Shown here: piece by piece, positions 11,301 through 21,730 of the stretch
Numbering within the stretch: the first letter of the stretch is position 1
Layout of the letters: every line of letters starts with the position of its first letter
Origin: a virus
DNA length: 64,000 bases
Reading direction: 5' to 3' (one strand)
Virus record (IMG/VR): IMGVR_UViG_3300032299_001015
Coordinates: 20,402 to 84,401 of that record
Notes under the pieces: generated by a model
What the model saw: the letters and a program-made list of their open reading frames with translations, nothing else
The model's database searches: none
What the model was told of the DNA's origin: nothing
Translations under genes and position numbers: made by a program

Positions 11301-12652
11301 AGTAAAATTAAAATTATTGAAGATAGGGCAGCATTAGATGAAAATAAAATGTCTGGAGCATTAGTTTCTCTAAGAAACTTCATTCCATCTTCTAGATTAA
11401 TTGATACTGAGTAATCTTCTCCAACATTCCATTCATTAGAATATAGAACCTTCATCGGTACAGTTAAAGTCTGAGATGCTGATGGAGTATATACCTTCTG
11501 ATAAAAAGAGAACTTAACATCTTGATTTAACATTTTTAATGAACTGAGTGTGCTAGATATTAAGAATTGATTATCTTCATTAGATAGACTCACCGCCCCT
11601 GCACCAGTTACAATAGATCCAACAGGTAAACCAAAACTAGTTGAGTCTCCAATAGATGAATCAAAGTTAAAAGATTCTGTATATGCACTAAGATCAATTT
11701 CTAGTCTTGGAGATATTTCAATTAACTCTAAGGACCCTGGGCTATATGTTACTACAAGGGGCTCGGCGTCAGACTTAACCAATGATAACTGTTCTACTTT
11801 AAACCTAACCCCATTTATCTTTTGTAACTCTGTAGGATTAACAGCAGTTAATTGATTTATATCATCTACTCTAGATACCGTTTTAGACCACGTTCCCGCA
11901 TTGTAATACAAGTTTAAAATTCCATTAGAAAAATCAATAGTGCTAGATGACGAATAAACTGTTGACCAACTGGATGAATTTGTTAAAATATCTACATAGA
12001 ATTTTACAGGTATAGATAGATGATTTTGTACCTTAATCGTAATTTTATTACATGGAACTCCAGATGCTGTTTCATATACGACAAAAGGATTTGCATGAGC
12101 AATCTTTCCACTTACTGCATCTGATATACCATAACTAGCCTGAGAGTACAAGTTAAAGTTTTGCTCCCCCGCCGCAACTGGGATTAAATCCATTAACTTG
12201 GCAGAATTAAAATAATCGTATAATCTATTTTTAGATCCAGGATAGTATCTAGCGCTTGAAGTTGTCATACTTGCAACTTTTATATTATCGCTTGATGGGG
12301 CAAAAGTCATATTTCCAAAATTTTGTAATAATATAATTCCTGGATCTGGCCTATCTGGTTTAAAGACTGATGCTAAGTCTGAAAAATATTCTTGTGATGG
12401 ATCTACTTGTTTAGATCCATCATCATACACTAAGTAATTTTGTCCACCAAAAATATCTGATACTGAAGAGGATGCATTATATATGTTTGATACACCAAAT
12501 CCTGGCTGATTAGTTCCAGGAAATCCTCTGTATACGCCGTATTCTTTAATAGGAATATATTTATTCATATTCCATTCAGCAATTACCTGATGTTGGCTAT
12601 TAATTCGGTCGGTGCTTTTATATAAATTTCTTATTTGACTAAAGTCTAACAT
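8381..12652 (-). CDS. large minor tail (tail tip / central fibre) protein
   Basis: 1423 aa two genes after the TMP; MFYDAVGRL and NPIIELGDKVRI hub-like motifs. Confidence 0.75.
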   Translation of the reverse strand: MLDFSQIRNLYKSTDRINSQHQVIAEWNMNKYIPIKEYGVYRGFPGTNQPGFGVSNIYNASSSVSDIFGGQNYLVYDDGSKQVDPSQEYFSDLASVFKPDRPDPGIILLQNFGNMTFAPSSDNIKVASMTTSSARYYPGSKNRLYDYFNSAKLMDLIPVAAGEQNFNLYSQASYGISDAVSGKIAHANPFVVYETASGVPCNKITIKVQNHLSIPVKFYVDILTNSSSWSTVYSSSSTIDFSNGILNLYYNAGTWSKTVSRVDDINQLTAVNPTELQKINGVRFKVEQLSLVKSDAEPLVVTYSPGSLELIEISPRLEIDLSAYTESFNFDSSIGDSTSFGLPVGSIVTGAGAVSLSNEDNQFLISSTLSSLKMLNQDVKFSFYQKVYTPSASQTLTVPMKVLYSNEWNVGEDYSVSINLEDGMKFLRETNAPDILFSSNAALSSIILILLDNVGITGMEFKKSSDEISYDKEDTRIKNFFCKKEQTVAEVLEQIALATQCSMFYDAVGRLNVLTKEKLTENATIEDSSQIIILNPDRYKYVWYNNNWFFYGGNTDALPSETEWTYSDYYGFWVSEDHPVPAQSPGTDFWFLGDEDYSVADPEYSYINGYKANIASLSEQKISPLTDGEITYHTYGPRKSALVDSLQKEKSKVLEQLNIDEVPMASLAFSNYGYTSTILWSAGDNNESALGASNLVRDIPLQRLKTAFPGTYVAVDENDLITQLYNTSANDDLDRRSLIIYLDTNEGLTLDPFEGIVLIDNEYIRYRGKLYYIASTSSNLSRYQIIFTKDDFNQLKSTMRKGDSLSFRGLVIDVKTQIVGKSDDKYQYKVIGDGRAALKSKPGTHFALAEDSDGIEDSNRFKLMLGGSLSESRSMPGNLKATTKFNFLDKVRYKSARKNLGTIPSESLQSYLGFLHLSGPTSPKEDTDILLSILDSNRNKNVARRLQELNKQVDKDVPGESFDDYVFMQGERNIYGQRITLDFQPNAISTRMRLYSPRRQIKNQQDIMSTNSSIAGIGFGLNNDNEGYFLEVESAGSGKNVVEKNAWKYNLRFYKISLKSQDNGKTEYEPELLLRAGVAGFTVFDTSIEVIKNDDVPTDPVFELDIIINKYENGMEYSIFYGGQKIGSYTEPIGKAVGVNSRDIFLFVRNDSQAIYEYVMAAARPYSGVISKNNEKDWLKNYKYFNNQLEKGIIPVNKNFLFKDSDKGIQFYFNDFARLAREVKEYNVRFSAPAYVSALLDISKINPKYFIKNYESTSFGAKLTLVNSSGGPITLGDSSDLPIYIVGISAEEINTGAVNMKDYYDMTQDDKKRVTEREKNISIYGAQSFTLDSQYIQSISHARDLMRWISKHCNRPRIKLSIETFANPIIELGDKVRIFDKSRGYNESNTKFGPKTFVISSISHSVSPAGPSTNIDLIEVGES

Positions 12653-13177
12653 TTATACCTCCACCAATGTCATGGAAATATTCCAAAGATCGTGAGTCGA
12701 ACCCCTCTTTTTTATGGTATAACTAAAGTCATCAAAAAATACGTTGTAGTTTTCTAATCTATATCTTAATGGGAGGGCTGAAGCAGTTGGGGTGTCATAC
12801 ACTAAAGTAAGATAAAAACTATCTGTATTATTTTTATGCCAGTCAAGCATCTGCTGGCATGACGCCCAATTATTTCCTGTCCCAAACATAGATTCGGATA
12901 TTTCTATTTTTGCAGAAGGTAAATCTTCCCAGTTTACTGAGAAGGTTTTCTTATCGGCAACATGATACGATCTCATTCGACCATTAATCATTCGTTTCTT
13001 ATATTCTATTCTTTCTAAAGAAACTTGCATTTCTGATCTACTATCATCTGTCAGATACAGAAAACTAGATCCTAGATCCCACTGGCCTAGTTCTGAATTA
13101 ACTGCTACAGGTTGAGACTCTGAAAAAATCATCAGCGCTGGGCGCGTCCAAATTCTATCTAATGTCGTTGTTGGCAC
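12653..13177 (-). CDS. distal tail-like minor tail protein
   Basis: Directly after TMP; KKRMINGRMRSYHVADK...WNISMTLVEV. Confidence 0.65.
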   Translation of the reverse strand: MPTTTLDRIWTRPALMIFSESQPVAVNSELGQWDLGSSFLYLTDDSRSEMQVSLERIEYKKRMINGRMRSYHVADKKTFSVNWEDLPSAKIEISESMFGTGNNWASCQQMLDWHKNNTDSFYLTLVYDTPTASALPLRYRLENYNVFFDDFSYTIKKRGSTHDLWNISMTLVEV

Positions 13178-16100
13178 TACCCAGCACTCCTACTATGATT
13201 TCTTCTACCGTTTGCTTGATTTATCATACTAATAACTTTATTAGCAATTGCGTTACTACTCTTTCCACCCGCACCATTAATAACAATATTTACTTTACTG
13301 GAATTCCTTACTGAAGAACTGTTAGATCCACCATAACTATTTGCAATGTTGGCGTTCATGCTTGAGGGGTTTATTGTCTCCACCTGGGGGACACCAAATG
13401 TTGGAGTAGCCGTAGACATAGATCCTACAAAACCACCACCAGCATATTTGGCGGGAGAAACCATTCTTGGAGCGGTAGTAGCAAGACCACCCATTCCAAA
13501 TTGTCCAGCATTAACCTGATCCATAAATCCTTTACCATATTTTGCAACAGATGATGCTTTAACTACATACTCTCCGTTAGAAAGCATTGCTGGAATCATA
13601 TCAGATCTTGGTCCGCCTGGTCCAGATACTGCTCCTCCCCCTGCGGAAAGTTTCATTATTCCGCCAGAAGCCTTATACTTCCATGAATTCCAAAAAGCAG
13701 CAGTCCTTGTTTCTGTAGCATCTGCCCAGGTTGGGCGGGGGTTATAGTAACTCCAGTCCCAAGAATAATTCCCATTATTATCCACCCTCATAGCCCACGG
13801 TAAGAAGTTTTTACCACTCTGAGATACATTCTTGTATGCAACGCTAGAGTTGTAAACTGGATCATTTAATATTTTATCATCTGATATCCACCACGGCTGG
13901 CTTCCATAACTTGGTTTATTTAATTGGAATATCCCATAATCACCTGTATCATAAATATTCCTGCCACCAGATTCTCTCATAGCAATAGACCATGCTAATC
14001 TTTGCAAGTTTGTGGGCCATCCTCCTGCACGGATATGTCCAAGAGTTCTATTAGCATCTTCTACAGTATATCCATCTGGAATATTAGAAAATTGTATATT
14101 TCCTGTTGGCTCATTAGTACTTCCGTTATTATTTGAATTAGACTGTTTATCAGAAACAGGCGTTCCAGCCATAGATAAAATTCCAAATAGTCCTTTTTTA
14201 GGAGCGGCAATCGATGGAGTTATCTGTACGGAAGAAGCGCCTGAGCCACCATTATTAGTTTCAGAAGTTTCTCCTCTATTAGTTTCAGAAGTTTCTCCTC
14301 CACCCTGCTCCCAGATTCTATCGGCATTTGATTGGTATAAACCAAGTGGGTATAAGGTGTCCCCTCTTTGTCCATTTGGCCTATTAGGTCCAGAGGCAGC
14401 AGCCCAGTCTTTATGGTTAATAATTTTTCCATCAAATGAAGGCCATCCAGCATACTCTTTAATTGCCGCACTCATTCTTGCAATGGTGTCAAACATCCCA
14501 GCGGTAAAGTCTTTTTTAAGACCTTGGGACTCTACCTCTATTTGCCAAAGTGTATTTGAGGCACCGCCTAGATTTTTAAGATCTTCTTTTAGTCCAGCGT
14601 ATTCTTTATTATTAAATATTTCTGCTGCATAAGATCCTTCTGTTCCTCCAGCGCCAGCGCCCCACCCAGTACCGCCATATGCAAGAATATGTGCTGTAGC
14701 GTCTCTACCAACCATAGCCTGGACGACGGGCTTCCCTGCTTCTGGATTTCTAGCCATCCATTCTAATACTCCTGGGCCAACACCAGCAGTATGATGCATC
14801 ATAATACCACTTGGCTTGCCCCCAGGCCATGACCCGTATTGGTCCCAACTAGAATAATATGACAGTCTATTCTTTGGTATCCATTTATCTAATGATTTCT
14901 TTAACTCTACTGGTCCACCATCAGCAAATTTTCCAGCATTGATAGTATCCATCATGTCTTTGCCGTACTTGCTTACACTAGAGGCTTGAACTACATATTC
15001 TCCGTTTGAAAGCATTGCTGGGATTACATCAGACTTGGGACCACCTGGACCAGAAATATAACCGCCATATGCTACATTTGGAAGATTTTTTTTGGGAATT
15101 GGTGGCAAGAAGGAAGAAAGTCCAAGTTTTCCTCTTAAGTCTTCATAACTACCGACTCCGCCATAGCCACTATTACTAGTAGGAGTGCCTCCAAAATATG
15201 CTGCTCCAAATAAATCATTATACATTTGTACTAATTGCTTTTCTGCATCAAGTCGCTCAATATCCCCAGCAGCAACTTGTTGTTTCAAAACTGCATCAAG
15301 TGAGGCAATTTGATTTTTAACTAAATCAGCGTATCTTTTTGCTAGTTGCTCGCCAAAAACTTTAGTTACTTCTTTGTAACTTTCAATTTCTCCGTTTTTA
15401 ATTCCATCAATTATATCTTTTGCCTCTTGATTCTTGCTAGATCTGTTTTCTAATCTTCTTTCCAACTCTTCATTATGCTTTTCAGTTTCATCGTCATAGT
15501 TCTTCATGTTGGTTTCGTGCATTTCAGATTCTTTATCCATTAAATCTTGAATTGAATCCATACGATCTTGCATCATCTTTTCATACTCTTCTTGTTCTTT
15601 TTGCTTTTCGCTTCTTGTTTCATCAATGGCTTCTAGTTCTAAATCTCTTCTTTCTTCAATTCCGCTAATTTGTTCATCATAGGAGAATTGTTGAGCATCC
15701 TGAGACATTTGTTCACGATCTTGCAGGAACCCAAATACATCTCCTGAAGCAAGTTTTTGCAAGGCTCCAAAAGCAGTATTTCTTTGTTGAGCGTAGAAAG
15801 AGTCGGCCTTCTGATTCTTTTGCAAAGATTTAATGTAAGCATCAGAAGACTTCTCAATCTTGTCAGATTTTTCATCTAACTGATCCATCTCTTCGTCAAA
15901 TGATTCCTTCTTGATATCCATCTCATCCTGCATTGCTTCAAGAGAATCCTCACGGGCCTTCTGTTCCAACTCAAAGTTCTCTTGAATAGACTCTTTCTCT
16001 TTCTCCCTAGACTTGGCATAACTTTCAATCTTATCTTGCATTTTATCCACAGATTCAGAGATATCATCCATGGCTATAGTAATTGGGGAAGAGTCTGCAA

Positions 16101-19100
16101 AATCTAACAGCGCCTGTTTTGTATCATCTAAGGCTGCATTAAGTGTTGCTAGCCTACTCGCATTTTCTATTGCTGCTCTTGCAAGAGCATCATCAAATTG
16201 TCCAGCAGCATTTTTTGCTTCTGTTAAGGGAACTCCTAGCGCAGTCATTTGAATCGCTAAGGCTTGAGTCTCTGCAGTAGAGTTTTGTAGTTGATCTAAA
16301 AGTTGATTAATTACTGGATCATCTAACTCGCCCATCATATTTTTAAATTCATCAAATGCCATCTCACGGGCAGACGTTCCCATTCCAAGAATATCACCCG
16401 CATCTTCATTTAGTGCTAAGTAAGATTCTCTAATTTTATCTAGATTTTGAGCAACTAGTTCTGGCGCAGTCTGAGATATTTCTATAGAACTCTTTAATGC
16501 TTGAACAAACTCTGGCCCACCAGCCAGAACATTCTTAAAATTACGACTAGCAACTTGAGGTGTACTTCTTCCATATAACCCAGGGTTATCAATTGCTTGC
16601 TGTCTCATTGCTTCACTTGCTGCTGTTTGTTGGCCTGCTACTGACTCTGGGCTAATATTGTCTACTGTTTGTTGATATGCCTCTTCTATTGTTTTTGCTT
16701 CTAATAAACCATTAGAGAATGCGCTAGCAAATGCAATTCCACCTTTATATCCAGCCTCTGCTGATATAGCCTTAATTGCATCCTGAGCCTCTTGTGCACT
16801 CATTCCAGAAATAATCATCTTGGTGTATGCAGCACCAAGGTCGGCTGCTCCAACAGTAGTAACTGAAGTTTTCAATTTTTCAATAAGGCCTGCATAGTCT
16901 TCACTAACAGCCATACGCAATTCAGAGTTTATTGAGGATAGTTCTTTTGATGCTCCTGCTGCCTGGATGTTTTCCAGCGCACTTCCAAGACTGTCGATAG
17001 TCTTGCCAAAGAATTCCGCAGTCTTGGCTGGTTCAGCAAAGGCGGCATTTGCTTTTTCTTTTGCTTCATCAAGAGATTTCTTATACATGTATAGGCCAGC
17101 AGCAGTAATAACTAATGGAATTGCTACTGCTGCTACCGTTCCTGCTGCTGCGGCACCGCCTCCTGCTAAAGCCCCTCCAATTCCAGTCAAGGCCTTGCCT
17201 CCTCCACCAAGTAGACCTGCTGTTAGTGCGCCTCTTCCTGCTGCTGCTGCGGTGGCGCGTGCACCAAGGCCAGCCATGCCACCACCCATTTTTTTCACAC
17301 CGCCAACAATGCCCCCGCCAATACCTGTTCCTGAAAATGCCTGTAGTGCAAAAATAGCAGTAGTTAATGCTGTTGTAAACATCATTATTTTGGAAGATGC
17401 TTCGCTGGTAGCCCCACTAAACATCGTTACAGTGCTTGCTAGCATGGAGGCCCCCATAGCCGCATTCATTGCCCCTGCACCACGCATACCCCCAGACCCC
17501 CGTGCATCAGTTAAACTTTTTCCAGGGCCTACATTATTTAAATACGCTTCTCTTCTTTGTGCAGCAAGAGCCTTTCTTTGATCCATTGATATATCGCCAA
17601 ATCTAGATGGTCTATTTGCTCCACTAGCAGCATAGGGAGACACCCCGCCCATAAGATATGATCCTGGGGTAAACATCGTTCCTTCTTGAACAGATCTTTT
17701 TACTATTGATTGATTTAATTGCTTCTCTGCTATAGCCTTAGATTCTGCTGCATTTGCAGCATTTCTTTCTGCTCTTTCTCTGATTGAAATAATATCTCTT
17801 AATTTCTTTTCCTCGGCGGCAAGTAGAGATTCTTCTTGGGCAAGTTTATCTAAAGCAGCAGCACGTTTTGTTCCTGCAACTGTTCCATCTTTATGTACCC
17901 ATCTACCAGTTTCTAGATCCTTTGTCCAGTTTGCAAGAACAATGTTATGTTGTTTTTGTTGGACAACAATTCTTTGTTTTGTATCTGCAATAAGACCAGT
18001 TTGTTGAGTTTCCTTAATTAGGGCTTTTTCTAGAAGTTTCCTAGCATTTTCTTCTCTTTGATATACGGTTGCTGTAGATCTAGATTCTAATCCTGGGCCT
18101 ATAGGTCCAGTTCTAACTTGCTTAGATGTAGCAATTCTAAGCCCTCTTTCTAGACCAATAATTGCGCCGTTACCAATATTCTTACCAGCCTTTTCTCCAA
18201 TTGAATCTGCCTTTTTTGATGGAGAAGAAGATTGAATTGCTCTAACAACTCCTTCGTCTAATGCTCTTTCAAGATCCACCGTTGACTTTCTCGCCCATGA
18301 ATCTGCTGCGAGCCTTGAACCTTTATAAGTACCAGTTCCAGATGTTGAAACTCCTAAAGCCATTCTTCCTGGTCTTTCTTTTCCTTCATTAGTTCTTAAA
18401 TATTCAACAGTCCCATATTGTTTTGATAGTGCAAGAAGTCTTTGCGCGGCAATATCTCCCGCATTTGACAGTTTAACTAATTCTGCCTCTACTAGTCTGT
18501 AAAGTTGTGGATCATTAATTAATTCACCTTCTAGTCTAGCCATTGCAGAAGTTATACCTGTAATAGTTGGTTGAAGTTGATCAAATGACAGGCCAGTCGC
18601 TTTCATCATTAATGACCATCTTTCCCGATCTTTTAGTTCAGCAGCCAGAATGCTCTTTTTTACACCCTTACCCTCTACTTCTGTGTTTAATGCATCATTG
18701 GTTGCTTTACTAAGGCTAACGACTAGGTTATTAAATAGTTTTACTTCTGTAATTCCATCTGCTAGCATTTGTTGAAGTACTCTTCTTGCTCCAGACGTAG
18801 CAGAATCCATTGCACTTGTTATGGGTACAGTTACAGATCTAGTTAAATGTGCAAGCCTAGATGTTCCTCCACCATTTTCATACCCCTTTAATGTTCCACG
18901 ATTCATCTGCATGAGGACGGGAGCATATTTTTCTGTAGCCGCACGATTAACAATAAATTCACCAGGCTCAAGCATCGCGGGAATTTTATCTCCCCGACCT
19001 GAACCAGGAACAAATTCTGGTCTGGTAGAACCAGCCTGTCTTCTAATTGGAACGGCACCCCTAGGTGCTGGAGCCACTCCAGGAACAAATAATGCTGGGT

Positions 19101-21003
19101 TAGATGTACTTAATTTTCTTAAAGAAGTTTCATATGCAGACATTACCCCAACAAGTCTCTTCATTGCTGTTTCTTGGGTTGTAAAAGATGCTGTAAGATT
19201 GTCTACTCCAAATTTTGCCGCCATAACCTCTGAGTTGAGAAGTTCAAATCTTTCAACTTTAAGGCCAGACATTCTAGCGCCAAGCCTAGTAACCATCATT
19301 CCAAATTTAAGGCCATTGGCAATTAAATTACCAAATAGACCAACCAACATAATAATTGGTCCTGCCAAAGCAGCAATAGCAACACCTAACTTGGCAAAGT
19401 TTTTAATTGGCCCTGGTAAATCTTGGAAGAATCCTGAAAATTTTTGAATGCCTTCGCCAATAAATGAAAGTATTGGAATCAATGTTTCTGTGAGGGCCTG
19501 ACCAATAGGCATGATTGCATTCTTTAAATCTTCCAAGGTTCTTTGGAATTTAACTGCGGTTGATTCTGTGAGAGTTTTAATTTCTTGATTTGCTACTGCC
19601 GCCAAATCAGTAGAACTTTTTGCCGCTAATTCTATTACTGATTGTGTCTGAGATCCTGTTCTTCCAATATTATCAAATAGAGCAGAAACTCTGGCAAACT
19701 GATACTTACCAAAAATTTGCTCAATTACTCTAGATCTTCCAAATTCATCCAGACCATCTAGAGCATTCTTCATAGCATAAATTGTGGGCATTAACTGGCC
19801 CTTATTTGCATCAACAATTCCTACTAAATCTATACCAAACTTCTTAGCCACCTCACTAGCCTGCTTTGTTGGATTAATCAGGGAGGCGAGGCCAGATTTT
19901 AATGCATTCGCTGCTTCTGCGGCTGGGATGCCACCCTCTCGCATAGCCACAAGTAGAGTTGCAAGATCTTTAACATCTCCACCTAAACTTCTAACTACTG
20001 GACCAACTTTAGGAATAGCAGTTGATAAATCTTGAAGAGTTGCAGATGTTTGGTTTTCAACAGCGTTAAGGAAGTTAATTGACTCTGCTAATTCATCTGT
20101 ATTAAGTCTGAATGCTGACTGCAGGGCAAGAGTTGCTTTCATTGCTTCTTGTCTATCTACTTCACCAAGGACCGCCAATCTAGTGGTTTGCTGGACAGAG
20201 TTAATCAGATCTTCGCCTTCTGCTCCAGTTGCAGCAATATCTGCAGCAAGAGCGGCAGTATCTTTAGCAGCGATTCCATAGGTACGAGATATTTCGTAAG
20301 CCAATTGTTGAATTTGTTCTCTCATGCGAGTAGTTGACTCACTAATTGCGCCACCAAGATCAGAACCATAAACCTTTTGGAACCTTGTCAATTCTTTGTC
20401 AAGGTCTCTGAACTGTTTAGAGGCTAAGGCTGTAAACATCGCCAAAGGAATGCTAAATCCAACCATCAGTTGGCGACCAGCCCACTGAGTATTTTTACCC
20501 CAGTTAAGCATAGATGTGGCACCGTTGTCAATTAGTTGATTGAAAATAGAAAATTTTTGAGCAGCCATTGCTGCAGAGTTTCCAGTAGCAGCAATAGATG
20601 TAGGGGTAAGCATCATCATCTGCCCACCGCCCATTGGCACAGAAACAGACTGCTGGTATCTAACTTGCTGTTGAGCAAGTTGCTTCATTAAACTATTTTG
20701 CTTTGTATATCCTGCAACTGCTTCACGGAATGACTCTCGCATAGTCAGGCGGTTGGCAGCAATTTGCTTACCAAAATTTTCTACGGCATTATGAGCCTGT
20801 ATTGTTTTAGCAGTAAATCCACCAATTTGTCCAACACCAGTAGCAAATGTTGCTGCTAGGCTTCTTTGCGCTGAAAGAGCAGATTTATCTAAGGTGTTAA
20901 AGGCAGCACTTAAAGCGCTAATCTGACCAGTAAGTGCTTTAATTTGAGCCTGGGCAGGAGAAAGGTTCGCGTTATATGTAATAACTGAATTAATATTAGC
21001 CAA
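13177..21003 (-). CDS. tape measure protein with C-terminal amidase_2 and lysozyme/SLT-like domains
   Basis: 2608 aa; TP901-like TMP core; coiled coil; HHTAG..EVES..HKDW amidase motif; IAMRESGG..GIFQLN transglycosylase motif. Confidence 0.92.
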   Translation of the reverse strand: MANINSVITYNANLSPAQAQIKALTGQISALSAAFNTLDKSALSAQRSLAATFATGVGQIGGFTAKTIQAHNAVENFGKQIAANRLTMRESFREAVAGYTKQNSLMKQLAQQQVRYQQSVSVPMGGGQMMMLTPTSIAATGNSAAMAAQKFSIFNQLIDNGATSMLNWGKNTQWAGRQLMVGFSIPLAMFTALASKQFRDLDKELTRFQKVYGSDLGGAISESTTRMREQIQQLAYEISRTYGIAAKDTAALAADIAATGAEGEDLINSVQQTTRLAVLGEVDRQEAMKATLALQSAFRLNTDELAESINFLNAVENQTSATLQDLSTAIPKVGPVVRSLGGDVKDLATLLVAMREGGIPAAEAANALKSGLASLINPTKQASEVAKKFGIDLVGIVDANKGQLMPTIYAMKNALDGLDEFGRSRVIEQIFGKYQFARVSALFDNIGRTGSQTQSVIELAAKSSTDLAAVANQEIKTLTESTAVKFQRTLEDLKNAIMPIGQALTETLIPILSFIGEGIQKFSGFFQDLPGPIKNFAKLGVAIAALAGPIIMLVGLFGNLIANGLKFGMMVTRLGARMSGLKVERFELLNSEVMAAKFGVDNLTASFTTQETAMKRLVGVMSAYETSLRKLSTSNPALFVPGVAPAPRGAVPIRRQAGSTRPEFVPGSGRGDKIPAMLEPGEFIVNRAATEKYAPVLMQMNRGTLKGYENGGGTSRLAHLTRSVTVPITSAMDSATSGARRVLQQMLADGITEVKLFNNLVVSLSKATNDALNTEVEGKGVKKSILAAELKDRERWSLMMKATGLSFDQLQPTITGITSAMARLEGELINDPQLYRLVEAELVKLSNAGDIAAQRLLALSKQYGTVEYLRTNEGKERPGRMALGVSTSGTGTYKGSRLAADSWARKSTVDLERALDEGVVRAIQSSSPSKKADSIGEKAGKNIGNGAIIGLERGLRIATSKQVRTGPIGPGLESRSTATVYQREENARKLLEKALIKETQQTGLIADTKQRIVVQQKQHNIVLANWTKDLETGRWVHKDGTVAGTKRAAALDKLAQEESLLAAEEKKLRDIISIRERAERNAANAAESKAIAEKQLNQSIVKRSVQEGTMFTPGSYLMGGVSPYAASGANRPSRFGDISMDQRKALAAQRREAYLNNVGPGKSLTDARGSGGMRGAGAMNAAMGASMLASTVTMFSGATSEASSKIMMFTTALTTAIFALQAFSGTGIGGGIVGGVKKMGGGMAGLGARATAAAAGRGALTAGLLGGGGKALTGIGGALAGGGAAAAGTVAAVAIPLVITAAGLYMYKKSLDEAKEKANAAFAEPAKTAEFFGKTIDSLGSALENIQAAGASKELSSINSELRMAVSEDYAGLIEKLKTSVTTVGAADLGAAYTKMIISGMSAQEAQDAIKAISAEAGYKGGIAFASAFSNGLLEAKTIEEAYQQTVDNISPESVAGQQTAASEAMRQQAIDNPGLYGRSTPQVASRNFKNVLAGGPEFVQALKSSIEISQTAPELVAQNLDKIRESYLALNEDAGDILGMGTSAREMAFDEFKNMMGELDDPVINQLLDQLQNSTAETQALAIQMTALGVPLTEAKNAAGQFDDALARAAIENASRLATLNAALDDTKQALLDFADSSPITIAMDDISESVDKMQDKIESYAKSREKEKESIQENFELEQKAREDSLEAMQDEMDIKKESFDEEMDQLDEKSDKIEKSSDAYIKSLQKNQKADSFYAQQRNTAFGALQKLASGDVFGFLQDREQMSQDAQQFSYDEQISGIEERRDLELEAIDETRSEKQKEQEEYEKMMQDRMDSIQDLMDKESEMHETNMKNYDDETEKHNEELERRLENRSSKNQEAKDIIDGIKNGEIESYKEVTKVFGEQLAKRYADLVKNQIASLDAVLKQQVAAGDIERLDAEKQLVQMYNDLFGAAYFGGTPTSNSGYGGVGSYEDLRGKLGLSSFLPPIPKKNLPNVAYGGYISGPGGPKSDVIPAMLSNGEYVVQASSVSKYGKDMMDTINAGKFADGGPVELKKSLDKWIPKNRLSYYSSWDQYGSWPGGKPSGIMMHHTAGVGPGVLEWMARNPEAGKPVVQAMVGRDATAHILAYGGTGWGAGAGGTEGSYAAEIFNNKEYAGLKEDLKNLGGASNTLWQIEVESQGLKKDFTAGMFDTIARMSAAIKEYAGWPSFDGKIINHKDWAAASGPNRPNGQRGDTLYPLGLYQSNADRIWEQGGGETSETNRGETSETNNGGSGASSVQITPSIAAPKKGLFGILSMAGTPVSDKQSNSNNNGSTNEPTGNIQFSNIPDGYTVEDANRTLGHIRAGGWPTNLQRLAWSIAMRESGGRNIYDTGDYGIFQLNKPSYGSQPWWISDDKILNDPVYNSSVAYKNVSQSGKNFLPWAMRVDNNGNYSWDWSYYNPRPTWADATETRTAAFWNSWKYKASGGIMKLSAGGGAVSGPGGPRSDMIPAMLSNGEYVVKASSVAKYGKGFMDQVNAGQFGMGGLATTAPRMVSPAKYAGGGFVGSMSTATPTFGVPQVETINPSSMNANIANSYGGSNSSSVRNSSKVNIVINGAGGKSSNAIANKVISMINQANGRRNHSRSAG

Positions 21004-21334
21004 GTTCTGCGCCCTCCGCTATTTGATAAATTACTCCCATATCTGGAGTTAAACCTTGGCTTATGGCTCCCGCAGCACTTTTATCACCAGTCAACCTCTC
21101 CACCGCCCTGGCTTGAATTTCTTCAATAGTCGGTATTCTGCTTATTTCTGCATCGATATCTTCATCGATTTTTTCGTCAAGGTCTACGCCTTGAAGTGCA
21201 GCCATAAACTTTTGCCTCCTACGTTCAGATTCATATACTGCTTTTAGTGTTGCAGCAAGTTCTGGCATTGATAGCGACGATTCAAGTTCATCGTAGTCCT
21301 TCCAGTGACCCAGAAGAAATACTTCCCCTAGCAT
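20996..21334 (-). CDS. tail assembly chaperone, downstream (-1 frame) part
   Basis: Reading frame stays open upstream to the slippery site (..GSGTRWEDLDLASMLGEVFLLGHWKDY). Confidence 0.75.
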   Translation of the reverse strand: MLGEVFLLGHWKDYDELESSLSMPELAATLKAVYESERRRQKFMAALQGVDLDEKIDEDIDAEISRIPTIEEIQARAVERLTGDKSAAGAISQGLTPDMGVIYQIAEGAELG

Positions 21335-21345
21335 AGAGGCTAGAT

Positions 21346-21687
21346 CTAGATCCTCCCAGCGAGTTCCTGAGCCGTCGCTACTAGGTTTGGGTCATTCAAC
21401 TTGATATCAGCAGCGACCTCAAGAATCTTGTACATGGTCTGAAGATCTACTGCTTCTTCAAGTTTTTCTGTGTCGTCTGCCAAATCTGGTGCAAACTGAC
21501 GGAATGCAATAGAGGTACATTTGATAAGAACATCAAGGAACTGATCTTCATTCTCTACCTCTGAAGCCTTCTGCCATTCCTTCATAACCTCTCTTAAATT
21601 CTTAAGGTTAAGTGGCTTGACGATAATAGTTTGACCGTCAAGAAGTTCTAGTTCGACCGTTTCAAAAACCTTAGTAGCCATTAACAA
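21346..21687 (-). CDS. tail assembly chaperone (gpG-like)
   Basis: Between tail tube and TMP; contains a slippery site. Confidence 0.8.
   Translation of the reverse strand: MLMATKVFETVELELLDGQTIIVKPLNLKNLREVMKEWQKASEVENEDQFLDVLIKCTSIAFRQFAPDLADDTEKLEEAVDLQTMYKILEVAADIKLNDPNLVATAQELAGRI
21385..21391 (-). promoter_or_regulatory. programmed -1 ribosomal frameshift heptamer C CCA AAC
   Basis: X XXY YYZ in frame at codons D-P-N; the -1 frame continues into 20996..21334. Confidence 0.8.
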
Positions 21688-21730
21688 ATCCTTTCGTTGT
21701 TTACAAATATTATACCGTATAAATGATAAA

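Noticed and set aside
14012-20337. Plus-strand ORFs of 60-208 aa within the TMP (and similar antisense ORFs at 7678, 26517, 44206, 49996, 60654)
   Set aside because: They are antisense shadows of well-supported genes, with no motifs or RBS.
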